From the IMG/VR virus record IMGVR_UViG_3300023105_000124, positions 1 to 30,224 of that record: 30,224 bases of DNA. One strand, given 5' to 3'. This document shows positions 1 to 9,494 of this stretch, piece by piece. The stretch's first letter is position 1. The number at the start of each line of letters is the position of its first letter. The notes under the pieces were generated by a model. The model was given only the letters and a program-made list of their open reading frames with translations, did not search any database and was not told where the DNA came from. The DNA is from a virus (Duplodnaviria > Caudoviricetes). The translations under genes and the position numbers were made by a program.

Positions 1-333
1 TTGTATGCTTCTCTTTTCTGACCACATAGGTTCATTAACATTTAGCAACTTGAAATTGTATATTTCACCTATATGTGCAGAAGTAGAATTTTCAGGCTTT
101 ATCGGAAGTCCGACGTAGATATTGTTATTTTTTAAATGTAAATGTTTTCCAAATTGTCTAACATCGGGATCTTTTACAAATAGTTTTTGCCCAAGCAAAA
201 ATCTATCTTCAATTTTTTCGTATATGTAAACTATACCTTGGAATTCGTTAGTATAGTTAAAGTTTGTAAATCCTGCATCAAAACTTGTTAATCCAGCGTC
301 AAAGCTAGTAGGAACTTCAGCACTTGCATTACG
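1..333 (-). CDS. Out-of-frame continuation of the giant baseplate protein (partial, runs off window start)
   Basis: The -1 frame is open from 351 to 1: RNASAEVPTSFDAGLTSFDAGFTNFNYTNEFQGIVYIYEKIEDRFLLGQKLFVKDPDVRQFGKHLHLKNNNIYVGLP... It continues the G-x-V-[FY]-[IV]-Y...Q-x-L...FG propeller repeat of the upstream ORF. It has no start codon of its own near the junction. Confidence 0.85.
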
Positions 334-3300
334 GCACTGACTACTAACTTGTTATCATCAAAGTTTACAACATAACCAAACATTTCGCTGTTACTTTTAT
401 TTGCATTTTCTAAAACTTGTATTAATTCAAAAATACCATTTTTTTGTTGATATATAAATACCTGTCCTTCGTCGTATTGGTAAGTATCCTCTAATGATTT
501 TCCTACAGCAATATACATACCATCATTACTAATACTCACTACCCATTCTTTAGTAACACTAGACTCGTCGCCTACAACTATTGTTTGTCCTAGTTGATAA
601 TTTTCTTGTACATTTCTATAAACTAATATCTTTGATTCATTATTGTAATTAACTTTAACAACTATTACGTCACCATCTTTTGATATATCAAATTCATTAG
701 CAAATGCAATCATATTGTCACTTTCTAATGATCCAGAATACTCCGTTGAATCATTTATTACCGATATGTTAGTAGTATTTGGAATGTAACCTACATAATC
801 TATATAGTCTTCTTGTAATTCCCAGCTGCTTGCAGCAAACGGCGTTCCGCCTGCTATGTTAATTTTTGCTTTATAAAGTTGATCTCTTGCTGTGCTTGTA
901 ACTACTACAATGTCATCTTTTTCATAAGTTAAAGTTTCGTCAAATGGGCCTTTGTATTTTTTGTTTTTACTATATTCCCAGTCATACTGTATATTTTGGT
1001 AGGTGCCTTTGTTTATAAAATGTAACTTGCCTGGTATTGCTGTTGTAGCGTTACCCGCAGCATGAATATAACCTTTATAATTATCACCTTGTTGCCTTAT
1101 TTTTACATCGGATCCTAAATAGTAATTATTTGTAGAATCCGAAGTCACATATGATCCGTATTCTGCATAAAGACTACCGTTAAGCATATATAAAGAATAC
1201 ATTCCTTGATTAGTGTATGCACTAGAAGTACCGTTTTCGTCTGCAGGTATACTAAAAGTTTGTGCCCAGTTTGCATTTAAAATACTAGGAGCACTTAAAG
1301 AAATTGGTTCACCGCTTACTTCTCTTGCAGTATAAAAATAATATTCTGCATTTTCTAATCTAGAAAAACTATTTGCTGATTCTACTAGTTCTATGTCGCT
1401 TTGGGTATCAACTACAATTAACTTACCTATTGTACTCGAACCTAAAGAAATAAACTGTATATCGCCCATTTCTCGGTCAATTTGATATACACCTAACGGA
1501 TCACTTGGATTTCCTAAAAATTCAATTTCAGAAAGATCATTATAATCTTCACCCTTGCTCCAATTTCCTGTAACATTAGATACAAATAATGTTGCATCAA
1601 GATTATCTCTTTGATAATATTCAACTCTAGCGGTTGCACCGGTTCTCATATCTCTAATAGTCTGTCCTATTTTTGGTTCATAAGGAGTACCATTAGTTTG
1701 AAACTTAGTAAAAGATAATTGAATATATCCATCCCATAAATCATCTACAGTTATTAGCCCGTTTACTTCATCTGGTGATAAATTTATTGACGATAATGGA
1801 TTTTCTACGCCATTGTTATAGTTTGGTAATTCATTAACAAATAAGTTTATAGTATCATCGTTGCTTAGAGTATCAGTTAGTAATTTAGGTGCTCTAATTA
1901 CGTATCTAGTACTTAAAATTTCACCATTGACTCCGTTTACATTTGGGAACCCAACATTACTCAACGGTCTAATGTAACTGTTTTTATTATTTTCACTATC
2001 AATTACAGTTGTATTTGTATCAAAAATATTATAATATACATTTGTAAAATCATTTGTTTTTGACATATCTACAAAAACTAGTCCTCGACCGCTATCTGAT
2101 AATCCGCTGGCATAAGTTGGCGTGAACGAAGTAGTAGAAATTTTCCAAAAACCACCATATACAGTGCCGTCGGTGTCTAACTGTTTTTCAAAGTCACCTA
2201 TGAATTCGCCCGAAGCTCTAAAAGCAGAGTCGGTTGTGTTAAAACTACCAGTAACGTTTGTAATATACATAACATATTTTGCATCTTCGTTACCGTAAAC
2301 ATAATCAACAACTCCTGTGCCTGTGCTCGTTTGAATTGTTTCGCCCACTGACGGTACAACAGGTAAAGTATCAAAGAATAGAACAATATCAATACTACTT
2401 TCTATGTCTTTTATTCCTGTTAGCGATGTATTAGAAACACTGGCTGCATATTGATTATTAAACGGTTGTACTTCTACTAATGTATTTTGATCTTGATTGC
2501 CTAAAGTTAGCAAGTTCCACTGCAACTTTACTTGCCAATTTTCAGTATCTGACAAAGTATTATTGTATAGAGCCGCAGGCGCTCTTACTAATATATGATC
2601 AACTGGTTGTTCAAACGGAGTTACAGTTGTGCCAAACGGTATTGAATAATTTCCTACATAAATTATGTCATTTTTATCTGATTGTGTATTTTCTTCATTC
2701 AAATCAAATACATTTTGTACTACACTGTCAAACGTATTGAAATTTACACCCGCCGAACTTGAAAGTAAATCAAATTTTGCTTTCCACAATCTTTCGCTAT
2801 AAAACACTATGTCATCTGCGTTATAAGCAGTATCTACTGAAAAATCACCTTTGTAATTTGATTTTACATTAGATGCAGCAGGCGACCCTATTATTAACCA
2901 TTTCGCATCATCACTAACACTTACTGTTTTACCGAACTCTTGATTAGGATCAGCATAGTTCGAAGGCTCAATTGTTTGTGAAAGATACCATCCTTTTTTA
3001 GAATTTTGACGACGATAAACAAAAACTTTACCGTTTTCGTTAAGATAATCACCAACAACCATTACATTATTAGCAACATTACTAGATATTACACTACCAA
3101 ATGATTTAGAATATTCGTGATCGGTCGGTCCTTTTAAATTTTCAACAAGCGAATAGCTATTTGTATTTTCTAAAACTTTCCATTTGTTATCTACTATGTT
3201 GTCTATCCATAGTTTTGTTGCTGGCTCATAATATTTTTGTAACGCTTTATTTGCGTTATCTACAGTAGTAAACCTAAACGGTTCGAATCTTGTAATAGTT

Positions 3301-6300
3301 GCATTATCAACATCATAGTCTGTGTTAAAACTATCTTGAAGTATTGTTGGAATTTCTAAAGTAATTTTGTTTTTATCAACACTACTAACTTTTAAGAAAT
3401 AAGCAAAATTAGATAGTAAAGTATTAGATTCTAAATATTTCGTAGAATCAGCTAACACTACATTTTCGTTAACTGATGTAAAATATACATTATCTATTCC
3501 AATAATATCACCTTGACTAATATTACTTACTATTTCGGAAAAAATTAAGGTGTTATTAGAAATTTTTTGTAAAGTTAAATTAGCATTTATGTGTTGCAAT
3601 ACACTCCAGCTATCATTATAATCGCCTACCCAAACAAAATTTCCTTGATTAATTTCACTAGTTTTAGTTGCAACTAGCTCATTTAAATTTGATAAGGTTT
3701 TAATTACGTCTGCTTTATGAACATATCCAACATCATTTGTATATATGTTTGTGATTTCTTTAGACGGAAACGGTAGATTATTATAATTAGTAGGCTTAAC
3801 TGAAATATCAAATGGCTTAACTCTATAAACAACTTCAGTATCATTACTGCTATTTGTTGAACTTAAAAGTATAGGCTGCGGATTCACTATAAATTGTGAT
3901 TCATCTAAATTAAATTCAAACTCTTCTACAATATTAGTACCACCATATTGGCCGTTTCTAATTGCCCATTCTTCATAAAATTCTAAGCTATCTTTATCGT
4001 TACTAGAAAGCACATTAAATAATTTATTTAAGGAATTTTTTGTGCCTTTTTCTAATATCATTCCTTGGTAAAACTTATACTGGCTTACACTATTATTGAT
4101 AATATTTTCTAGATAATCTCGTTTTTGATAACCGATTAAATGTTGTGCAAATTTTTGTTGTTCGGTATCTAAATTATCACTATCTAAATCATAAAAATCA
4201 GTAAACTGATTACTTTTATACTCAAAATTAGGTAAAAGGCCTTGTCTAGGTTTATCGCCTATACTTACCCAGTCAGACTCATTAAATAAATTTGATCCCT
4301 CTACATTATCTTTTGCAATATAATAGTACTGTTTATATTTTACTAAATCACCCACTATATAATTTTGGTACTCTTCCCAATTTTTTGCTGTTGAATCATT
4401 GTATATAAAACCAGGTATGTTTATATTTCCTGACCAATTATCAGTTCTATAACCTAGAATTTGTAATCTTTCTTGCCTATATCCAGGCACTGTATCATAA
4501 ATTATATCATTAAACACAGTACTGTTATCTAATAACACAACATGTTCAGTTTGTGTCATTGGTAGTTCAATATAATATATTCCTGCACCATTTTCATCAG
4601 ACAAGTACATCGAAAAATCATTGTTGTATCTTTGAACAAAGACGTTATCAAAATCTTGTATGTTGCCAGTAGCGTTTAACAATGTGTAATCATTAGGTCC
4701 GTCAAGTACATTAGATACTACACTTTTTTCACTTACAAATTGTAATAAGTTTGAACTTGGGCTAAGAGCAATAGCTGATCCTTCGTCTAACTCGTATAAA
4801 GTCCAAAATACAAATTCTTGAATTGAATGATTCCAATCTAAAATTTTACCAACACTATCGTCAAAGTAATCAAAAACAAAACCCTTATTTTTCAAATAAG
4901 ATGCATGGGAAGCAATAAAGTCTACTACTTCTTGAATTGTATAGTAAAGAGTGCCATATGGCACTTCTACTACATTATTTGTGTTAAACACTGTTGGTAT
5001 TTGTACGTTTCTTCCACCGATTACAGGCAAATTAGGCAATTTAACAAAATTAGTATTTAGAAAATCTTCTTCTTTATGATCAACCGTACATCTATAATAA
5101 GAAGAATTATATCTTACAATCACACCTTTGGTGTAGAAATTGTTACTATTCCATTCTAGGAAACTTTCGCTTATGCCTCCTACATTTATATCTATAGTTT
5201 TACTTTTTTGTAAAATAGGATGAGTATTAAAATATCCTTTTTGGTTACTATATCCCTTAATTAAAAAACCTTCTTGCCTGCGTTCGATAATTATGCCGCT
5301 GTAATTAAGTAACTCAATAGGAGAACTCTCATTAACAAATATTTGATAGTTTTCATCAGGTACAAAAACATTTCCTTTGTTAAGAGGTGTCCGGCTATCT
5401 AAAATTAATTTTAATTTGGTCTTATCTGTAAACCCAGCTAGTTTAAAACCTAACTGATTTTTTATAGATTTAACCTTATTCTTGTAATCATTATACGATT
5501 GATCTACATTTGATTTTACAAATTCACCAATTAAGTTTACCAAACCACTTGTATACTGTGTTTGGTTTTCATCAACTGATGTTGGGAATATAATGTCTTG
5601 CAATTCAATACGTTTATTAGAAGGCTTGTAAATAATATTACCTGCTTTATTTCTAACTTGGTTAACCCTATCAAATCCTGTCCCAAATGCTTTACTTGGC
5701 TTATTTAAAACTAGCGCCTTTAATAAAGCAAAAACGAAGTTGCTCGATCGTCTCCATGCTGCTTCAACTGGCCCGCCGTCACCAAAAATCCACGGCTGTT
5801 CTATGAACTCTGAATTGTATTTTGACACTAGGCCTATTTCTAATGGTGATACTAACCCCCCGTGCTCGTCGACTGGCAAAATTTTAGTTAAGCCTTTTCT
5901 AATAAACTCTTTTTTAAATATTACTCTTTGGTTAGGCTGACGTAATACACCATTTTCAATATCTTCCCACATTAAAAAATTATCTTTTGTGTAGGGAGCT
6001 TCGCCGTAGGTATCTCGCCACCAAATTGGTTCTATTGTTTCGCCAAGTATTTCCCATGGATGAGTATGTGGTCTATCTGTATTATAATAATACTTGTAAA
6101 TTTCCCTCCAAAAGCCCGGCAATGATACATTTTGGTCGTTGAAACTAGAGCTATAATTATAAGTAAATCTATTATCTCTTATAAAATCTTGCTTTGTGTA
6201 ATCATACGAAGTATTGGCTGCCCAATGTACAAAATCTGCTAATAACGATTTATTAACTTCGTTAAACGCAAGACTATTTTTATTATAGTAACTAGGACGC

Positions 6301-9300
6301 ACACTATCCATATTAAATAATGAAGGATCGTATTTTACTTTTAAATTGTTAAAAATTCTTTTTTCTAATTCTAAAATTAGATTATCTCTATAATCGCCAA
6401 ACGCTAAAATAATACTTCCATCATGCCCTTGAATTACTGTTTGAGTTTCTAAAAAAGTAGTATCCTCGTACATCATTGGCTCAAATGCTGGATATAATCC
6501 TAATTTAGTCGGTGTTGGCGGTATGTAATTTCCAAATGTATTTTCGTATTCATATATGGTTATTATATCTAATGGTTGTTTAGTAGCTGTTACTACTGCA
6601 TACCCTTCTGTATTGAAAGTGTAGTCTTTGCCATGAATTAATTGTTCGTTATTTTTATAAATTAAAACTGCTTTATAACTAGGATCAGTTAAACTAAAAC
6701 TTGAGCTAAGTGGGAAATAAATTTCGTCAGAATCTTCGACATCATGATCAGTTTTAACATAAGCACTCTGAGGAACCATATCACTAAAATAAAATGAATC
6801 TGTTTCTTTTTTGCTTTTGTTTATTTCTTGTAAAATCTTAGTCACATGTATGTCTACAGGTCCAGAAAAACCTAAATTTTCAGCAATAGATAAAAATTGT
6901 TTTTTGAACATGTAGTATTCATTTTTTGCATATTCAATACTTTTAACTACACTATATTCTTTTTCTGTAAAATGGAATAGTGAAAGGTTAGTAGGTGCAC
7001 TATGTTGCAAGAAGCGTCTGCCATTTTGGCTTAACCCGCCTAAGTCCCGCAAGTTACTTGTGCCCGGAAATGCGCCAATAAAATCTGCTGTATTTTCAGT
7101 AATTGTTTGCACATGATCGTTTATTTCACCTAATGTGCAATCTATAAGATTTTCATTTTGTGGGTTACGTTCTAAGGCATAAGGAAATTCAAAATATCCC
7201 TTACTGTTTTTTTCTGCACTAGATTTTGTCTTGGTTAAAATGATGTCATTTTCTTTCAAGGCAGATGTAAAATTAATTTGTATATGGTTAGTGGAATGTT
7301 GCGATAATGTAAAATCTTTATCTTTAATTAATAACTGATTATTTTTGTAAACAATAATTTCCATTTCGTCTACAAAATCCCAGCTATTATTGTATTCATC
7401 TATTAAAATATTAATAAAAGTACTGTCAAATACTTTTTGTTGTATAACAAATTGTTCACTCGAATCTACTTTTTTCCAATTAGTCTCATGTACATAAGTA
7501 TCCAATGAATTGTATCTATGTAAATATCCATCAGATATGGATAATGTAATAACATCTTCATTATCAGAATAGGAAAAAGTGTCATTACTAATGTCGGAGG
7601 TAAACACAATATCTCCAACATTATTAATATTTCGATAAGTTAGCGGAAATCCTAATTCAACATCGTTTGTGCCGGTGCCTCTTTTATAACTAAAAATTTT
7701 CGTACCAGTAAATGTATTAGACGGATAGATAGTTACATCAGAAAAACTATATTCATTTTCGTCAAACATATCAAATAATGGACTTTGGTTTACTTTGTCC
7801 TTACTTTGTCCTAGTGCCCAGCTATTATTTTTGAAATGAAATACTGTGCCTCCGTGTTTACTGCCTTGCTTTACTAAAACTGTTTCATTATTTTTTGAAA
7901 CACTGTCGTCTTCTTCTTGTAAAGTAATTTGTCTACGGCCGCTTACATTTGCATCATCAGCTATAGTGCCATCGTATGTTATAAACTTAACTTTGAAAAT
8001 TCTATTTTTTACTAAACTATCTTTGTCATTTGTAAAAAGTATTCTTTGTCCGTCTGCAACATCTACTCCGTCTATATTATAACCTATGCTACCTTCAATA
8101 GTAGAAAAAACATCAGTTGTAATATCGTCAAGTAAATCAACAGCTTGTTTTTCTTGAGAGCCAAAGTTATATAACTTTAAACCGCTTTCAAATTCAATAA
8201 TAGGTCTATTAGCTTTAGCTGTTTCATCTATTACTATAGGAAGATTATTGTATTGTGCACTTTGCTCAATTACACTTTTATGGAACCATTTGTTATACTT
8301 TGACCACAAGTTTCCGTCTTTTGCACTTCTGTTAATTACTATATAATCTTTTTGTCCTGCATAACCTAATGCTGTACTAAACGGCAAATTATCAAAATTT
8401 TGAATATCAAAATTATCTACAATTTCTTCTGTAAAACTAGTAGATACATTGAGCAAAGCTTCTTCTATAAGTTGAATTTTATCGCCTACACCCTCTACGT
8501 AAAAATTTCTATTTTTATAAAATGCAGGCTCAACTTCAGCAGCAAAATTTATTTTCATTCCATTACTAAATGTAACGCCATTTCCAGATTTATAAGTCTT
8601 TTTTCCTATAATCTCTTTTTCTACATCTATAAAAGCACTGTCTTGTATATCTTTTACAATTATTTTACCATGAACATTTATATCTGTAGCTGATACATAC
8701 CATAAACTGTCAGGAGCAGACGTACTAAGTTCTAAAGTAACGTTGCCGGTTTCTAGCCCTTGTATATCAACTCCGTCATACAAAAGAATGGTAGAACTAT
8801 CTAGATCAAATTCACTAGAATCAGTAAGTTTTGTTCTAAAAGTAATAGGAAAATTAGGCACATCGACATCAAATTTATACTTTACACCTCTGTATAAAGT
8901 TAAAGTAGGATTAGGTGTACTACCATCCGGAGTGAAAATATAACTGTACGAATCTAAGTTATCGGATAGACGAACCGTATATGTGCTTTCTACTTCTTTA
9001 CTATTGCCAAAAATTGAAATAGCTTGTGGACCTGTTGGTAACCAATAATATTCCCTAAAATTTGTAAATTTATCCCAATCTATATGAGGATTCCATGCGT
9101 AGAACTCTTGCTCGTTAACTATGCCATCATTTTTTACTGCTTTATTAGAATTTGCTAACACATTCATATAATCGTTGTAATCACGATATAATGTAACGTT
9201 GTCTAAGTCATCTTTTATTACACTAGCTGGTTCTAATTGATAATTTTGTCGTTGCGTATTAACATCAGAAATATAAACATCTGCTGCATTATAAGCCTTA

Positions 9301-9494
9301 GCAGTTTTTCTCCCAACAAACCCATTAATTTTATCAATTACCCCAGGTTGTATCATTTGGTCTAAAGTAGCCGAGAGGAATTTATTATTACTAGGAGTTC
9401 TAAAAATCTTAGGTAAATGATTTGCGCTTTTACGGCTATTATTTAAATTTTTATTAGGTAAAATAGGTTCATTTTGTGAATTGTCGTACGCCAT
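288..9494 (-). CDS. Giant virion structural protein, gp7-like baseplate wedge with carbohydrate-binding-like and FG-GAP-like propeller repeats (true C-terminus likely beyond the window)
   Basis: 3068-aa ORF coupled to gp6 by TAATG at 9494. N-terminal IDWDKFTNFREYYWLPTGP motif, a cupredoxin-like segment (NPTLTLYRGVKYKF...APDSLWYV), four [WF]-x4-Y-x2-[GD]-x-[IL]-V repeats and several GKVFVY/GQVFIY...FG repeats. The gp7-like label rests mainly on position. Confidence 0.75.
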   Translation of the reverse strand: MAYDNSQNEPILPNKNLNNSRKSANHLPKIFRTPSNNKFLSATLDQMIQPGVIDKINGFVGRKTAKAYNAADVYISDVNTQRQNYQLEPASVIKDDLDNVTLYRDYNDYMNVLANSNKAVKNDGIVNEQEFYAWNPHIDWDKFTNFREYYWLPTGPQAISIFGNSKEVESTYTVRLSDNLDSYSYIFTPDGSTPNPTLTLYRGVKYKFDVDVPNFPITFRTKLTDSSEFDLDSSTILLYDGVDIQGLETGNVTLELSTSAPDSLWYVSATDINVHGKIIVKDIQDSAFIDVEKEIIGKKTYKSGNGVTFSNGMKINFAAEVEPAFYKNRNFYVEGVGDKIQLIEEALLNVSTSFTEEIVDNFDIQNFDNLPFSTALGYAGQKDYIVINRSAKDGNLWSKYNKWFHKSVIEQSAQYNNLPIVIDETAKANRPIIEFESGLKLYNFGSQEKQAVDLLDDITTDVFSTIEGSIGYNIDGVDVADGQRILFTNDKDSLVKNRIFKVKFITYDGTIADDANVSGRRQITLQEEDDSVSKNNETVLVKQGSKHGGTVFHFKNNSWALGQSKDKVNQSPLFDMFDENEYSFSDVTIYPSNTFTGTKIFSYKRGTGTNDVELGFPLTYRNINNVGDIVFTSDISNDTFSYSDNEDVITLSISDGYLHRYNSLDTYVHETNWKKVDSSEQFVIQQKVFDSTFINILIDEYNNSWDFVDEMEIIVYKNNQLLIKDKDFTLSQHSTNHIQINFTSALKENDIILTKTKSSAEKNSKGYFEFPYALERNPQNENLIDCTLGEINDHVQTITENTADFIGAFPGTSNLRDLGGLSQNGRRFLQHSAPTNLSLFHFTEKEYSVVKSIEYAKNEYYMFKKQFLSIAENLGFSGPVDIHVTKILQEINKSKKETDSFYFSDMVPQSAYVKTDHDVEDSDEIYFPLSSSFSLTDPSYKAVLIYKNNEQLIHGKDYTFNTEGYAVVTATKQPLDIITIYEYENTFGNYIPPTPTKLGLYPAFEPMMYEDTTFLETQTVIQGHDGSIILAFGDYRDNLILELEKRIFNNLKVKYDPSLFNMDSVRPSYYNKNSLAFNEVNKSLLADFVHWAANTSYDYTKQDFIRDNRFTYNYSSSFNDQNVSLPGFWREIYKYYYNTDRPHTHPWEILGETIEPIWWRDTYGEAPYTKDNFLMWEDIENGVLRQPNQRVIFKKEFIRKGLTKILPVDEHGGLVSPLEIGLVSKYNSEFIEQPWIFGDGGPVEAAWRRSSNFVFALLKALVLNKPSKAFGTGFDRVNQVRNKAGNIIYKPSNKRIELQDIIFPTSVDENQTQYTSGLVNLIGEFVKSNVDQSYNDYKNKVKSIKNQLGFKLAGFTDKTKLKLILDSRTPLNKGNVFVPDENYQIFVNESSPIELLNYSGIIIERRQEGFLIKGYSNQKGYFNTHPILQKSKTIDINVGGISESFLEWNSNNFYTKGVIVRYNSSYYRCTVDHKEEDFLNTNFVKLPNLPVIGGRNVQIPTVFNTNNVVEVPYGTLYYTIQEVVDFIASHASYLKNKGFVFDYFDDSVGKILDWNHSIQEFVFWTLYELDEGSAIALSPSSNLLQFVSEKSVVSNVLDGPNDYTLLNATGNIQDFDNVFVQRYNNDFSMYLSDENGAGIYYIELPMTQTEHVVLLDNSTVFNDIIYDTVPGYRQERLQILGYRTDNWSGNINIPGFIYNDSTAKNWEEYQNYIVGDLVKYKQYYYIAKDNVEGSNLFNESDWVSIGDKPRQGLLPNFEYKSNQFTDFYDLDSDNLDTEQQKFAQHLIGYQKRDYLENIINNSVSQYKFYQGMILEKGTKNSLNKLFNVLSSNDKDSLEFYEEWAIRNGQYGGTNIVEEFEFNLDESQFIVNPQPILLSSTNSSNDTEVVYRVKPFDISVKPTNYNNLPFPSKEITNIYTNDVGYVHKADVIKTLSNLNELVATKTSEINQGNFVWVGDYNDSWSVLQHINANLTLQKISNNTLIFSEIVSNISQGDIIGIDNVYFTSVNENVVLADSTKYLESNTLLSNFAYFLKVSSVDKNKITLEIPTILQDSFNTDYDVDNATITRFEPFRFTTVDNANKALQKYYEPATKLWIDNIVDNKWKVLENTNSYSLVENLKGPTDHEYSKSFGSVISSNVANNVMVVGDYLNENGKVFVYRRQNSKKGWYLSQTIEPSNYADPNQEFGKTVSVSDDAKWLIIGSPAASNVKSNYKGDFSVDTAYNADDIVFYSERLWKAKFDLLSSSAGVNFNTFDSVVQNVFDLNEENTQSDKNDIIYVGNYSIPFGTTVTPFEQPVDHILVRAPAALYNNTLSDTENWQVKLQWNLLTLGNQDQNTLVEVQPFNNQYAASVSNTSLTGIKDIESSIDIVLFFDTLPVVPSVGETIQTSTGTGVVDYVYGNEDAKYVMYITNVTGSFNTTDSAFRASGEFIGDFEKQLDTDGTVYGGFWKISTTSFTPTYASGLSDSGRGLVFVDMSKTNDFTNVYYNIFDTNTTVIDSENNKNSYIRPLSNVGFPNVNGVNGEILSTRYVIRAPKLLTDTLSNDDTINLFVNELPNYNNGVENPLSSINLSPDEVNGLITVDDLWDGYIQLSFTKFQTNGTPYEPKIGQTIRDMRTGATARVEYYQRDNLDATLFVSNVTGNWSKGEDYNDLSEIEFLGNPSDPLGVYQIDREMGDIQFISLGSSTIGKLIVVDTQSDIELVESANSFSRLENAEYYFYTAREVSGEPISLSAPSILNANWAQTFSIPADENGTSSAYTNQGMYSLYMLNGSLYAEYGSYVTSDSTNNYYLGSDVKIRQQGDNYKGYIHAAGNATTAIPGKLHFINKGTYQNIQYDWEYSKNKKYKGPFDETLTYEKDDIVVVTSTARDQLYKAKINIAGGTPFAASSWELQEDYIDYVGYIPNTTNISVINDSTEYSGSLESDNMIAFANEFDISKDGDVIVVKVNYNNESKILVYRNVQENYQLGQTIVVGDESSVTKEWVVSISNDGMYIAVGKSLEDTYQYDEGQVFIYQQKNGIFELIQVLENANKSNSEMFGYVVNFDDNKLVVSAVMQVLKFLLALTLD

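Noticed and set aside
291-351. Programmed -1 frameshift in the giant ORF
   Set aside because: No slippery heptamer in the overlap; a single-base deletion is the simpler explanation.
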